DNA of 63,999 nt, filler included, from Candidatus Babelota bacterium (GCA_017999075.1; 13 parts of 13 records of this genome joined end to end with filler, not necessarily neighbours in it), one strand, 5' to 3'. Counted from the first letter of the whole stretch, positions 17,594 through 28,955 are shown. Notes: generated from the letters alone by a model not told the origin. Made by a program: numbers and translations.

Positions 17594-17792
17594 TTAAAAA
17601 TAAATACTGTCTGCTATCGAGCTTTTATCTAAATCATCATCTATTAATCTCTGCATATATCGCCGGCTTGAAATAACGCCTGTTTCTAATATCTCAATTA
17701 TCACATACGCCAAATGTCTGTCATAACTGCCAGGCTGAATAATATGCGCTCTGCCTAATGTATTTTCCCATATTCCTGTAACAGTCGGCGAT
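17594..17792 (-). CDS. 3' fragment of a gene, possibly a metallophosphoesterase/5'-nucleotidase-like domain
   Basis: Hand translation ...RAHIIQPGSYDRHLAYVIIEI...SIYF*; cut by linker. Confidence 0.4.
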
Positions 17793-17892
17793 NNNNNNNN
17801 NNNNNNNNNNNNNNNNNNNNNNNNNNNNNNNNNNNNTTAATTAATTAANNNNNNNNNNNNNNNNNNNNNNNNNNNNNNNNNNNNNNNNNNNN

Positions 17893-18408
17893 TAGCGGGT
17901 GTATCACTGCTGCGAAACAAGCAAATATTATAGAAAAAATCAAATATAATAAACTTCTATTAAAATAAAAACTTATTATAAAATAAACGAAGATCAGTGA
18001 CACAAAAAATGAAGAATGATGAAGTACTACGCCGCTTGCTCTTGAATTAATAAAATGAAATGGGAAAAAAATAAGTATTATTGATGAAAATAACCCTAAT
18101 GTTTCTCCACCTAATTTCTTCCCAATTAAAAAAAAACATATTACCATTAAACTGCTTAGCAGAGCATTTACAATTTTTAATGAAACTGCGGAAAAATCCG
18201 ATTTCACAATAAGTTTGTTTAACAAAAAATAATATATTCTGTACAACGCATATTTATTTTTATCTGTCTGTTCTGATTTTAAAGAATATTTTTCAAGCGC
18301 CTGATTTGCCTGATAACATTCTTCCATAGTGAAATTCGGATAATAATTCGAACCATACAATCTGATGAAAAGAGCTGTTAAAATTATTAAAAAAATATAT
18401 TTTTTCAT
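17893..18408 (-). CDS. ArnT/GT39-like membrane glycosyltransferase, N-terminal fragment
   Basis: ALFIRLY..., EE motif, multiple TM segments; cut by linker. Confidence 0.7.
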
Positions 18409-19820
18409 TAAAAAAAAGTTTTTGCGGCTTTTACATATTCAAGTAAATTATTAATTCTTATATTCTTTAAAAGTTTAAAGATAATTTTAGGTCTGAAATA
18501 AAATTGAATATAAGCGTTCATAACTATTTTTTTTATTTCGCTGCCAGTAATTTTTTCAGGAGTCCAGATAGGTTCATTATCAGTAAAATTAGCGTATTGA
18601 GAATATTTTTCCCAATCAAACGGATCAATCTTTTTTTCGTTTATAAGATTATTGTATAATTCACTGCCGGGATATGGAGTGCATATCGAAAATTGCGCTA
18701 TATCCAGATTCAATCTTTTTGCAAATTTTATTGTTTGATAAGACAGTTTTTTTTCTTCACCGGGCAACCCAAGAATAAACAATCCCATAACTTTAATCCC
18801 TGCTTCCTTCGTATATTTTACAGCGGATTCGATTTGTTCAATTGTACAATTTTTATTTATATTATTAAGAAGTTCCTGGACTCCAGATTCTATGCCGTAA
18901 GCTATTTCATAACATCCTGCTTTTTTCATTTCTTTTAATAATGACGGTTCTGCAAGATTAACTCTGCCTTCACAACCCCAGTCAAATTTGAATTTATTTT
19001 CATTTATCATATTGCATATATCAAGAACCCTTTTACGCGATGACATAAACAGGGAATCCATAAAAAAAATAAATTTTGAGTTATATCCGTCCAATAATAT
19101 TTTCAACTCATCTCTTACCCGTTCAACGCTGTGATATCTGATTTTTCCTGATTTATGCACAGTACAGAACGAACATTTATAAGGGCATCCCCTTGAAGTC
19201 ATAATCATTTTATAATACTGGGTGTTTGCATACGGATGAAAATAAAACTGCATTCTGTATTGATTAATAGGTATTAACTCACGCGCAGGCACAGGTATTT
19301 CGTCCAGGTTTTCAAGAACCTCGCGTTTTTCAGTTGTCACAAATTTTCCGGCATCATCAATAAAACTTATTCCTTTTATATCATTCCATTTATTTTTTTG
19401 ATTAAATTTTATTACAATTTCTGAAAATGTAACCTCTCCTTCATCGTGTACAATAATATCCGCAGACTTATTTTTCAGATAATGTTCCGCAAAAATACTC
19501 GGATGAATATTTCCGAGTACAATAAGTATTTCCGGAAATTTCTTTTTAATTAATTTAGTTAAATCTAACGCTATCTTTCCGCCGCTTGTAAGAACAGAAA
19601 ATCCTATTACATCAGGTTTTTCTTTACTGATTTCTTCTATTATGTCTTCCCCTGACAAACCAAAAGAAAATGCATCTGTGATTGATACGTCATAATTATA
19701 TTTCTTTAGATATGATGCGATGTAAAGCAGTCCGAGAGGTTCCTGTTTTGTCACAAAAGCCGCGCCTTTACCGAGAATTTTTGACATTGTATTTGGGCAG
19801 GTATAAAGAATAATTTTCAT
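18408..19820 (-). CDS. B12-binding-domain radical SAM protein
   Basis: PLGLLYIASYL, SRGCPYKCSFC, GIESG, ILGLPGE, TPYPGSEL. Confidence 0.95.
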   Translation of the reverse strand: MKIILYTCPNTMSKILGKGAAFVTKQEPLGLLYIASYLKKYNYDVSITDAFSFGLSGEDIIEEISKEKPDVIGFSVLTSGGKIALDLTKLIKKKFPEILIVLGNIHPSIFAEHYLKNKSADIIVHDEGEVTFSEIVIKFNQKNKWNDIKGISFIDDAGKFVTTEKREVLENLDEIPVPARELIPINQYRMQFYFHPYANTQYYKMIMTSRGCPYKCSFCTVHKSGKIRYHSVERVRDELKILLDGYNSKFIFFMDSLFMSSRKRVLDICNMINENKFKFDWGCEGRVNLAEPSLLKEMKKAGCYEIAYGIESGVQELLNNINKNCTIEQIESAVKYTKEAGIKVMGLFILGLPGEEKKLSYQTIKFAKRLNLDIAQFSICTPYPGSELYNNLINEKKIDPFDWEKYSQYANFTDNEPIWTPEKITGSEIKKIVMNAYIQFYFRPKIIFKLLKNIRINNLLEYVKAAKTFF

Positions 19821-19860
19821 ATAATTTTCAACTATGTTTAAAGATTATAAATTTTTGCGC

Positions 19861-20805
19861 TTAATAATCAAAATTTGTTTTCTGCATTATGCTGTAAGAT
19901 TTATTTTTTTTCAAACTGTAAAATATTCTTATTAATAACTCTGCAAGAAGACCATTAAATATAAATTGTACTCCGAGCAAAATACATACCGCGCTTAATA
20001 AAACAAGCGGATTCCTGTGCATCCAGACACCTTTATAAATTTTATCATATATTGCAACGCTTACTGATAATATTCCTGTTAAAATTATTAAAATACCTAT
20101 TTTACCGAATAAATGCATCGGGTTGGTGTTGTAAGACATTAACAATTTTAATGTAAACAAATCTAATATTACCTTCACAATCCTTGATAATCCGTATTTT
20201 GATTTTCCATAAATACGCGGTCTGTGATTAACAGGCATTTCAATAATTCTGGCTCCTAAAGATTTTGCGTAAACAGGAATAAACCTGTGCATTTCTCCAT
20301 AAATATTTATATTCTTTATAATTTCTCTTTTATAAGCTTTTAAAGTGCAGCCAAAATCATGAATATCTAATCCGCAGATAGATGAAATTATTTTATTGGC
20401 TATTTTAGATGGAATTTTTTTTAATAACGGGTCATTTCTGTTAATGCGCCATCCGCTCACCACATCATAACCGTCATTAATTAATTCTATCATTTTTATT
20501 ATATCTTTAGGATCATTCTGCAGGTCCGCATCAATAAATATTACTATATCTCCTTTAGAATTTTCTACTCCAGCCATCAAAGCTGCAGTCTGTCCGAAAT
20601 TTTTTTTAAACCTTATACTTTTTATTTTTTCGGAAGTTTTGGAAAATTGTTCTATTATCTGATGCGAGTTGTCTATTGAGCCATCATCAACATATATTAT
20701 TTCATAATCTGTATTAATTGATGCAAACACATCAAGCAATTCAGCATTAATATTTTTCAGATTTTCTTCTTCATTATAAACAGGAAGTATTACGCTGATT
20801 TTCAT
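19861..20805 (-). CDS. Family 2 glycosyltransferase (ArnC/DPM1-like)
   Basis: PVYNEE, VDDGS, NFGQTAA, DADLQNDP, GEMHRFIP; two C-terminal TM segments. Confidence 0.95.
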   Translation of the reverse strand: MKISVILPVYNEEENLKNINAELLDVFASINTDYEIIYVDDGSIDNSHQIIEQFSKTSEKIKSIRFKKNFGQTAALMAGVENSKGDIVIFIDADLQNDPKDIIKMIELINDGYDVVSGWRINRNDPLLKKIPSKIANKIISSICGLDIHDFGCTLKAYKREIIKNINIYGEMHRFIPVYAKSLGARIIEMPVNHRPRIYGKSKYGLSRIVKVILDLFTLKLLMSYNTNPMHLFGKIGILIILTGILSVSVAIYDKIYKGVWMHRNPLVLLSAVCILLGVQFIFNGLLAELLIRIFYSLKKNKSYSIMQKTNFDY

Positions 20806-21641
20806 TAATTTGTTTCCCGTATTTTTTTAAAAACATATTCATTATTCCCAAGATTGTTTTTATGTTTTATATTTTCAAGCATAAATTTTTTTTGTTTTAA
20901 AAATTTGAATATTTCTTCTGTGTCCGCATATTCATAAGGGTATCCTCCGATCCAGTCTTTAATATCAACATACCAGGACATTCCCCTGTATTTCTCAGGA
21001 AACTCTCTAATTTTACGTAAAGGATTGTTCAATGTCAGCAAATATAAAAGCATCAGTAATCCCGCAGAAGAAAAATTTAACAGCTGTTTGATAAATCCCG
21101 GAGACGCATTATAAAATTTTTTTTCCAATTCCCAGAATTTTGAGGTACCGAATCTTCCGTCAGAAAATATGCAGAAATCATTAATTTTGTTATATATGGC
21201 TATATAAAATTTCCCGTTTTCCGAAGTTAATGAAGAAGCATTATCTATCGCTTTCCACATATTTCCTGTATGGTGGAGAACTCCCCATGAATAAACAACA
21301 TCAAACTTTCCAAGTTTTTTTACAAATTCGTCGTCAAGAATAGAACCTTCAATAACTTCCCAGTTTGATGGGTTGTTGTATGTGTTGAAAAGCTGTCTAC
21401 AGCATTTAACTGAAAAACTGTCAACATCCAGACTTATAATTTTTTTAGCATTTAATTTATATGCCGCTAAAGAAAACAGCCCTGAACCGCACCCTATATC
21501 TAAAAACGTTTTTCCTTCCAGAGTATCGCATTCAAGCATTTCTTTTAAAGATTCTACAGCTTTGTTTAGTCTTGTTTCATTAAAATATTTGTCTAAAAAA
21601 AATTGCCAGTTTTTACCGAATTCAAATGTATAATCTTTCAT
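20805..21641 (-). CDS. Class I SAM-dependent methyltransferase
   Basis: FEFGKNW, LDIGCGSG, YSWGVLHHTG, DWIGGYPYE. Confidence 0.92.
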   Translation of the reverse strand: MKDYTFEFGKNWQFFLDKYFNETRLNKAVESLKEMLECDTLEGKTFLDIGCGSGLFSLAAYKLNAKKIISLDVDSFSVKCCRQLFNTYNNPSNWEVIEGSILDDEFVKKLGKFDVVYSWGVLHHTGNMWKAIDNASSLTSENGKFYIAIYNKINDFCIFSDGRFGTSKFWELEKKFYNASPGFIKQLLNFSSAGLLMLLYLLTLNNPLRKIREFPEKYRGMSWYVDIKDWIGGYPYEYADTEEIFKFLKQKKFMLENIKHKNNLGNNEYVFKKIRETN

Positions 21642-22372
21642 TTTTTTAATTTAAATACATACCTGAACGGAAATATATTTACAGGTATCCCCGAATAAGA
21701 AATCAATTTAAATTTTTTTGTCAGAATATTCAGCCATTCATCAAAATTCAGATTATGAAGATGCCATTCATCAATAGATATTTTTATTTCATCAAACGAA
21801 TAGGATTTATTTGAAAATATGGATGAAAGTTTTAATTTCATAATAATTTTTTTTATATTTTGAATGTTTTTTTCAATTGGAACAGTAACAACAAAAATTC
21901 CTGATTCTTTTAATAATTTATACGCATTATCAGCAACTTTTTCAGGATCAGGAAGGTGTTCCAGAGCTTCACTGCAAATAATTTTATCAAAATAATTTTT
22001 TTTAAAAAATAAAGTTTGAATATCTCCCTGAACAAATTTAACTTCAGGAGCATTAATTTTTGCTTTTTCCAGAATATATTTTGAAATGTCCGCTCCGAAT
22101 TTATTTTCAGAATTTACTTTGGTTAATATATTCGCGGCTCCGCACCCAAGTTCAAGAACTTTATCAGTTTGTTTTATTTCTAAATATTTTAATATTGATT
22201 TTACTCTTTGTTTTTCTATTATTTTTATAGGTAGAGGGCTTTTTTTATGAAAATTATCAGGAGAATGTTTCCGGATCATATTATCGTTCCACGTTTTAAA
22301 ATCAACATTTTTTTCCGGAATATTTCCCATATTATTTAAAATACATCCTTTAAATTTCGCCGAATAATTCAA
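21638..22372 (-). CDS. Class I SAM-dependent methyltransferase (start may be ATG 22330)
   Basis: VLELGCGA, CSEALEHLPDP. Confidence 0.9.
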   Translation of the reverse strand: MNYSAKFKGCILNNMGNIPEKNVDFKTWNDNMIRKHSPDNFHKKSPLPIKIIEKQRVKSILKYLEIKQTDKVLELGCGAANILTKVNSENKFGADISKYILEKAKINAPEVKFVQGDIQTLFFKKNYFDKIICSEALEHLPDPEKVADNAYKLLKESGIFVVTVPIEKNIQNIKKIIMKLKLSSIFSNKSYSFDEIKISIDEWHLHNLNFDEWLNILTKKFKLISYSGIPVNIFPFRYVFKLKK

Positions 22373-22517
22373 TTTCGATTAACCATTATTTTATAAAATT
22401 AACTTATTGCAATACCGCAATTTTTAATACAAAATATTTTATGAATTAAAGTATATATAATATCATATTCCTTGTCAATTCGATTTTTTTAACGATTTTC
22501 ATTTAAACTTTGACTTT

Positions 22518-23966
22518 TTACTTTTTCCAGAATGCAGGAGAAAAAAATACAAGTATTGTAAAAAGTTCCAAACGGCCTATTATCATAAAAATCGATAAAA
22601 CAAATTTTACCGGAGACGGGAAAAAAGCGAAATTTTCTATTGCTCCGACTTTTGCAAGTCCAGGGCCTATATTCCACAGGGTTGCAGCTACGGCAGATAA
22701 AGATGTTTCAATATCAAAATTGTAAAGAGATACAAACAGGGAACCTATAATAAAAATTATTATAGCAAAAACAAAAAAACCAAGTATTTGAAAAAGAGTA
22801 TGTTTAGGGAATGGCTGTTTTTCAAGTTTCAGGGTTACTACAGCATTCGGATATATTGTTCTGAATAATTGCTGCCATGCAAACTTTAAAAGTATTACTA
22901 TTCGTATAACTTTCATCCCGCCGCCTGTAGAACCTGCGCATCCCCCTATAAACATTAAAACTAAAAATAATATCTTGCAGAACGACGGCCATAAATTGAA
23001 ATCAGCAGTCGCATAACCGGTCGTTGTCAGTATTGAAACAACTTGAAAAAACGCATATCTCGTAGATGATAAAATTGTAGGATAATAATTATTGAAATAT
23101 AAAATTGCTGTCATTGATAAGGTGCTGAATATTATTATAGACATATACGCCTTGAATTCCGTGTCTTTAAAAAAATTCTTAAAATTTCCGTGAATCAAAT
23201 TATAATAAAGAGAAAAATTCATGCCTGCAAAAATCATAAAAAATGTTATTATAACATCTATATATTTGTTATTGAATCCGCCTACGCTTTTATTTAATGT
23301 AGAAAATCCTCCGGTAGCCATTGTTCCGAAAGTATGACACAAAGAATCAAACAGACCCATTCCGCAAATTAATAGCAAAATAATTTCAATACAGGTAAAT
23401 CCAAAATATATATACCATAAATATCTTGCGGTATCAACGGTTTTCGGTTTAATTCCGCTTTTAACAGGACCAGGCGATTCAAAATTCATTAAGTTTCTGC
23501 CTCCTACTCCAAGAAATGGAAATAAAGCTACAAACAAAACTATTATCCCCATCCCTCCGAGCCAGTGAGTGAAACTCCTCCAGAACAATATACCCTTGCC
23601 TATTATTTCTACGTCTTTTATTACTGAAGAACCTGTGGTGGTGAACCCTGATACAGTTTCAAAAAATGCGTCAAAAAAATCAGGAAGTACTCCTGACAGC
23701 ATAAAAGGAAGAGATCCGAATAACCCTGCTATTATCCATCCGAAACCTACAATAAAAAATGCTTCTCTCAATAAAATTTTTCCGGCTATATTATAATTTA
23801 ACCTGAACATTATTATTCCGCTGAATAAACATATAATAATTGAATAAAAAAAAGCTGTTAAATCAGGTTCATCATAATGCCAGCACCACAAAAATGAAGG
23901 CACCATAGCAAACCCAATCAATATGACAAGCAGACCGAATATTTTAAGAATTATTCTCAGATTCAT
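22518..23966 (-). CDS. trkH: Trk potassium uptake membrane protein
   Basis: FETVSGFTTTG, WLGGMGII, ATGGFS, TTTGY, GGCAGSTGGG, NIGPG, GRLE. Confidence 0.97.
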   Translation of the reverse strand: MNLRIILKIFGLLVILIGFAMVPSFLWCWHYDEPDLTAFFYSIIICLFSGIIMFRLNYNIAGKILLREAFFIVGFGWIIAGLFGSLPFMLSGVLPDFFDAFFETVSGFTTTGSSVIKDVEIIGKGILFWRSFTHWLGGMGIIVLFVALFPFLGVGGRNLMNFESPGPVKSGIKPKTVDTARYLWYIYFGFTCIEIILLLICGMGLFDSLCHTFGTMATGGFSTLNKSVGGFNNKYIDVIITFFMIFAGMNFSLYYNLIHGNFKNFFKDTEFKAYMSIIIFSTLSMTAILYFNNYYPTILSSTRYAFFQVVSILTTTGYATADFNLWPSFCKILFLVLMFIGGCAGSTGGGMKVIRIVILLKFAWQQLFRTIYPNAVVTLKLEKQPFPKHTLFQILGFFVFAIIIFIIGSLFVSLYNFDIETSLSAVAATLWNIGPGLAKVGAIENFAFFPSPVKFVLSIFMIIGRLELFTILVFFSPAFWKK

Positions 23967-25303
23967 TTTCTATAAAATATATCCCATATCTCGGACATTC
24001 TGTTTTCCAAAGTTATTATAATTACAATGTCTCCCACAATCAATGAGTCTCCTCCTTTTGGAATAATGACAGTATCTTTTCTGAGTATGGCTCCGATTAA
24101 AGTAGTTTGTGGAAGTTTTGCTTTATATAACGGTTCATTTAAAATATCGCAGTTCTCATTTACTTCAAGTTCTATTATTTTACTTTTTTCATCAGGTAAA
24201 ACCGCTATTGTGCGCATTTTATCTTTCATTAAAAAACTCAAAATTGCACTTGCAGTTATAACCATAGGATTAACAATAGTGTCTATCCCGAGCATTTTGG
24301 CGATTGGAATGTATTCTGTCCTCTGAAGAGTAATTAGAGTTTCTTTAGCTCCTTTATTTTTTGCTAAAACAGCTGAAATAAGATTATCTTCGTCATTTGT
24401 AGTTAATGCTAAAAATGTGTCAATTTCAGAAATATGTTCTGCCAATAAAAAATTCGGATCCAACGCGGAATCGTTTAAAATAACTGTTTTTTCAAGTTCT
24501 TGAGAAAGATATTCGCAACGGCGCCTGTCAGATTCAACTATTTTCAGTTCAAAATTATCTTTTTCCAGAGTATCAGCTAAAGTAAACCCTACGTTGCCGC
24601 CGCCGAATATCATAATCCTTTTACGTTTTATTTCCGTTTCATTAAAGTTTCCGGCAACTTTAAATATTGATTTTGTATCTCCCATTATAAAAACTTTATC
24701 TCCAGGTTCAAAAAAATCATTGCCATTAGGAATAATAATTTTTTCATTCCTATAAATCCCGACTGCAATTACTGAATCTCCAAGATTAAGATTTTTTAAT
24801 GGAATTTTTATAAAACTGCATTCATGCGTAATACTGAATTCTCGCATTAGTATTTTATCTTTGGCGAAAAATTCTATTGAAGCTATTCCCGGAGTTCTGA
24901 CTCGTTTTGCAATTTCTCCGGCAGAAAAATTTTCAGGACAAAATACAAGATCAATACCAAAAAAATCAGAACCTCCTGTTTTTCTTCCCTCAATAAATTC
25001 TTTGTTGCGCACGCGCGCTACGGTTTTTTTTACTCCAAGGTTTTTTGCTGTTAATGCAGATATAAGATTAACTGCGTCATCTGCTGTTACAGATATAAAC
25101 AAATCCGCTTGACTGACATTTGTTTCAGAAAGAAATTGAAGATTAACTGCGTTTCCTATAACTGTCTTAACATCAATTTTATCTTCAATTTCTTTTAACC
25201 TGAATTTATCTGTATCAACAAGCGTTATGTCATTATCCTGTAACGATAACAATTCAGCAAGGTATGACCCTATAAATCCTGCGCCGACTATAAAAATTTT
25301 CAT
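23963..25303 (-). CDS. trkA: Trk system NAD-binding subunit
   Basis: Two RCK domains (GAGFIG; GGGNVG); adjacent to trkH. Confidence 0.96.
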   Translation of the reverse strand: MKIFIVGAGFIGSYLAELLSLQDNDITLVDTDKFRLKEIEDKIDVKTVIGNAVNLQFLSETNVSQADLFISVTADDAVNLISALTAKNLGVKKTVARVRNKEFIEGRKTGGSDFFGIDLVFCPENFSAGEIAKRVRTPGIASIEFFAKDKILMREFSITHECSFIKIPLKNLNLGDSVIAVGIYRNEKIIIPNGNDFFEPGDKVFIMGDTKSIFKVAGNFNETEIKRKRIMIFGGGNVGFTLADTLEKDNFELKIVESDRRRCEYLSQELEKTVILNDSALDPNFLLAEHISEIDTFLALTTNDEDNLISAVLAKNKGAKETLITLQRTEYIPIAKMLGIDTIVNPMVITASAILSFLMKDKMRTIAVLPDEKSKIIELEVNENCDILNEPLYKAKLPQTTLIGAILRKDTVIIPKGGDSLIVGDIVIIITLENRMSEIWDIFYRK

Positions 25304-25307
25304 GTTA

Positions 25308-28300
25308 TTATTTTATTTCTATGTTTCTATTGCTTGAATTAAGTTTATCCCAATCCCCGTCCTGAAGAAATTTGTATTCATAATGACCTGGTTTCAACTG
25401 TATTCTTATGCTCCATTTTCCATTATCTGTTTTTTCAAGTTTATACTGTTCTGTATTCCAGTCATTAAATGAACCTGCTATAGTTACTTTATTTGCAGAC
25501 GGAGCAATAACTTCAAACAGAGTTCCGTTTTGCTGAAGAACTGAAGAATTTGAAGAAACTTTTATTTTTCGATTGTCTTTATTTAGAATATCCCAATCCC
25601 CGTTCTGAAGAAACTTATATTCATATTCACCCGGAGCAAGATCAATATAAACTCTCCATTTACCGTTTTCAGCGCGGGCGAGTTTACAAGCAGAATTGTT
25701 CCATTCATTAAACGAACCTGCTATTGTAACCTCATTTGCGTTTGGCGCTGAAACTTCAAACAATGTTGATTTCGTCAATCCCGACATCGGTTTAACTGTA
25801 ACTGATCTGTTATCTTTATTCAGTTTATCCCAGTCATTATCCTGAATAAATTTATATTCATAAGTCCCTTTTTCAAGTTCTATATCTACAGACCAATTTC
25901 CATTTCCATCGGAATTCATAGGCATATTGTTCATATCCCAATTGTTAAAACTTCCAGCAACATTCATTTTTTTAGCATCAGGCGCAAAAATTTTAAATGA
26001 TTGCCTTACCGGCTGTTTCGAAGCACTTTTTTTATTAAGAAAATTTTTTGAAAATTCAGTATCAGTATTATATAAAACAATAGCAGAACGCGATGCAGCT
26101 CTGACAGAATTCTTTGTGATGTTTGCTTTGACATTATCGCCGTAAAAATTATGTTTATCTGCTGCCATATACCATTGCGATTCAGGAATATTAACAGAAG
26201 TTTCAAATGGATTAGGATTATATATTACAAGACAATTTTCCCATTTATCCGAAGTGCCGCCTTTGTTGATAATAAAAGCTACGCATTTAGACGGCAATTC
26301 ATAATTCAAATCATCATCAAGAAAATATATATTATTTTTTATTTCTTTCCCTGTTTCAAATCTGAATAGAGGATGCTCACTTCTCAATTTTATTAATCCT
26401 TTATAATAATTGGAAACATTCAGATATTTTTCCTTTCTTGTCCAGTCAACCTGATTTACCGCATCTCCTTTATTATACGGATTATCAATAAAATTCTTAC
26501 TCCTCAAAAAATCCTGTCCCACCTGAATAAACGGAATTCCCTGTGATGTCATCAGTATAGCTGCGCCAAGTTTATCCATTTCTATTCTGTCTGCGTCAGA
26601 AATCGACAAATCTCGTTCCGTAGAAATGACAAGTTTATCCCACAATGAATAATTATCGTGGCATTCAATATAATTAATTGTTTCATTTGGTTCTGCGGCA
26701 AAATCAGTTACGCTTGCAATAACTCCTTTTTTTATTCCTTCTACATTATTGCCAGCCTGGATGTAACCTTGCGATGCATCGCTTACTCCTGCTTTTATAG
26801 CGCTTCTGAAATGATCATTGAAACATCCGAATCCTTTATTTTTCTGAGTTCCTTTAACAGTAGCTGCAGGAACGAGCGACGTTCCTCCTGTCCATGGTTC
26901 GCCGTAAACAAGTATATCGGATTTAATTTTTTTTAATTCTTCAACAGCAATTTTCATTGTTTCCAGATCTATCAATCCCATTAAATCAAACCTGAATCCG
27001 TCAATATCGTATTCTTTTACCCAATATTTCAGAGAATCAATAATATATTTTCTTCCCATCAAAGATTCACTGCGAAATTCGTTGCCGCATCCAGAACCAT
27101 TCGAATATCCTCCGTCTTCTCTTACTCTATAATAATAATTAGGAGCAAGTCCGTTAAAACTCACTCTAACCTCAGGGTTTCCTTCTGCTGTATGATTATA
27201 CACTACATCCATAATTACTTTTATCCCTTTTTTATGAAATGCGTCAACCATTTTTTTTGTTTCAATAACTCTTGTTCTATCATCGCGTTTGGTAGAATAA
27301 GCTCCTTCAGGAGAATTAAAATGAAACGGCATATATCCCCAGTTATGTTCATCTTTGTTCTCATCATTATCAAAATCCTGAAACGGCATAATCTGAACTG
27401 CATTCACTCCAATTTCTTCAATATGTGAAAGCATTGTAGAAATGTCTTTATTTTTTGGAAGATACGAAGGATACTCTGTTAATCCTAAATATTTTCCGCG
27501 ATTCTCCACTCCGGAACTCGGATTAATTGAAATTTCTCGAATATGAAGTTGGTATACCACTGCATTAGAAATAGGAAATACTGGAGCTTTCGCGATATTT
27601 ATGTTATCAGGAGCAATTATCAAACATCTGCCCCTCGTAGCAGTATTGCATTTCGAATAAGGGTCCATAACTTCATATTCTTCATTAATAAACACAGAAT
27701 GAAAAGTATAATATTTGTTCGCAAGATTCCCATAAATTTTTACTTCCCAAATACCGTTCCCTATATCAGACATCTTATGTTTTTCCGGAGAACCCCCTTG
27801 AGGCTGTTCATATATATTAACAAATAATTCATTAGCCGTAGGAGCAAATGTCCTGAAAATTGTATAGTTCTCAGAATATGATGCCCCAAGTTCTATATCT
27901 TTATAATAATATGGATCATCTATAATTTTTCCTGCTGTTAAAGGTCCTTCTTTATATCCCGGTATTGAAACATAACCTTCTATTTTGGAAGTAACTGAAA
28001 TCGGATTTTCAAGCATACATTCTATTACTTTTATTTTCCCATTGCTGAATTTGGGAGTAACTGAAACAGTTTTATGAATAGTACCCTGTCTGTCTTTATA
28101 AATAACATCTTCAGATTTAAAATTAATCTGATTCAGACTTTTTGACAAAATAATTGAAAACGATTTTGTGGAATTCATCAATGACTTTACTACTCGAGGA
28201 GAAACATCAGGTTTTGATTCATATACTTTTCTGTCTTCACTTAACAAATAAATATGATTCCCATAATTTTTTATATTAAAAAATCTGTCAGGATCATCTT

Positions 28301-28571
28301 TAAGTTCCCATTCTTTAAAACGAGGCAGCATACCAAAATCATCTGCGTTGCCGTATTCTGTAGGATTTAAAATAAAATAAACTCCAAAATCATCTTTCCC
28401 TGTCTGAGTCAAAGCTCCTGATTTGTTTGTATGAATTCCCCAGACCCATAATGTCCAGTGTTCATAATCACCGTCAGGTCTATGGTAATGAACAGTTATT
28501 TCATTGGAAAAAATAGGAACCGAATAAATGACTACAAATATAAATATTAATAAAAATATAATTCTTTTCAT
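25308..28571 (-). CDS. pulA: Secreted type I pullulanase (GH13) with N-terminal CBM41-like domain and three C-terminal CBM48/AMPK-like repeats
   Basis: Signal peptide, VHYHRPDGDY, NWGY.P, MDVVYNHT, DGFRFDLMG, YGEPW, CHDN; 3x AGSFN.W...YEYKF.Q..DWD.LN..NR. Confidence 0.93.
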   Translation of the reverse strand: MKRIIFLLIFIFVVIYSVPIFSNEITVHYHRPDGDYEHWTLWVWGIHTNKSGALTQTGKDDFGVYFILNPTEYGNADDFGMLPRFKEWELKDDPDRFFNIKNYGNHIYLLSEDRKVYESKPDVSPRVVKSLMNSTKSFSIILSKSLNQINFKSEDVIYKDRQGTIHKTVSVTPKFSNGKIKVIECMLENPISVTSKIEGYVSIPGYKEGPLTAGKIIDDPYYYKDIELGASYSENYTIFRTFAPTANELFVNIYEQPQGGSPEKHKMSDIGNGIWEVKIYGNLANKYYTFHSVFINEEYEVMDPYSKCNTATRGRCLIIAPDNINIAKAPVFPISNAVVYQLHIREISINPSSGVENRGKYLGLTEYPSYLPKNKDISTMLSHIEEIGVNAVQIMPFQDFDNDENKDEHNWGYMPFHFNSPEGAYSTKRDDRTRVIETKKMVDAFHKKGIKVIMDVVYNHTAEGNPEVRVSFNGLAPNYYYRVREDGGYSNGSGCGNEFRSESLMGRKYIIDSLKYWVKEYDIDGFRFDLMGLIDLETMKIAVEELKKIKSDILVYGEPWTGGTSLVPAATVKGTQKNKGFGCFNDHFRSAIKAGVSDASQGYIQAGNNVEGIKKGVIASVTDFAAEPNETINYIECHDNYSLWDKLVISTERDLSISDADRIEMDKLGAAILMTSQGIPFIQVGQDFLRSKNFIDNPYNKGDAVNQVDWTRKEKYLNVSNYYKGLIKLRSEHPLFRFETGKEIKNNIYFLDDDLNYELPSKCVAFIINKGGTSDKWENCLVIYNPNPFETSVNIPESQWYMAADKHNFYGDNVKANITKNSVRAASRSAIVLYNTDTEFSKNFLNKKSASKQPVRQSFKIFAPDAKKMNVAGSFNNWDMNNMPMNSDGNGNWSVDIELEKGTYEYKFIQDNDWDKLNKDNRSVTVKPMSGLTKSTLFEVSAPNANEVTIAGSFNEWNNSACKLARAENGKWRVYIDLAPGEYEYKFLQNGDWDILNKDNRKIKVSSNSSVLQQNGTLFEVIAPSANKVTIAGSFNDWNTEQYKLEKTDNGKWSIRIQLKPGHYEYKFLQDGDWDKLNSSNRNIEIK

Positions 28572-28926
28572 AAAAATCCTCCTAACTTTTATTATTGTTA
28601 ACTTATTTTTTTATCACTCAACTCATAAATATACCTTATCTTTACTTTAGTATACTTTATTTTAAACAATTAAATAAATTGACAATCAAAATAAATTATA
28701 CTGAAATTTTTCATGCTGTCAATGTATTTTGAACATAGTTTTTAATATAAATGTTTCCAAATGGCGGTTCTGCAATTTTTTACAAAATTTATATATTGAT
28801 TATGAATAAATCAATTTTATAAAAACAAATATAATTACATTTCCATGACATTTCCAAATATATAAAATTAAAATTATCTTAACCGAATGAAAAACAACAA
28901 ATTAAGTAAATTTACTATCAAAAAAC

Positions 28927-28955
28927 TTGACAAAACAAAAAAAATATGATAAATT
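28927..28955 (+). promoter_or_regulatory. Sigma70-type promoter candidate (distal)
   Basis: TTGACA-17-TAAATT with an extended TG. Confidence 0.5.

Noticed and set aside
3235-17792. Prophage (ClpP-like head protease plus DnaB)
   Set aside because: No terminase, portal, capsid, tail or integrase; genes are in short units with mixed orientation
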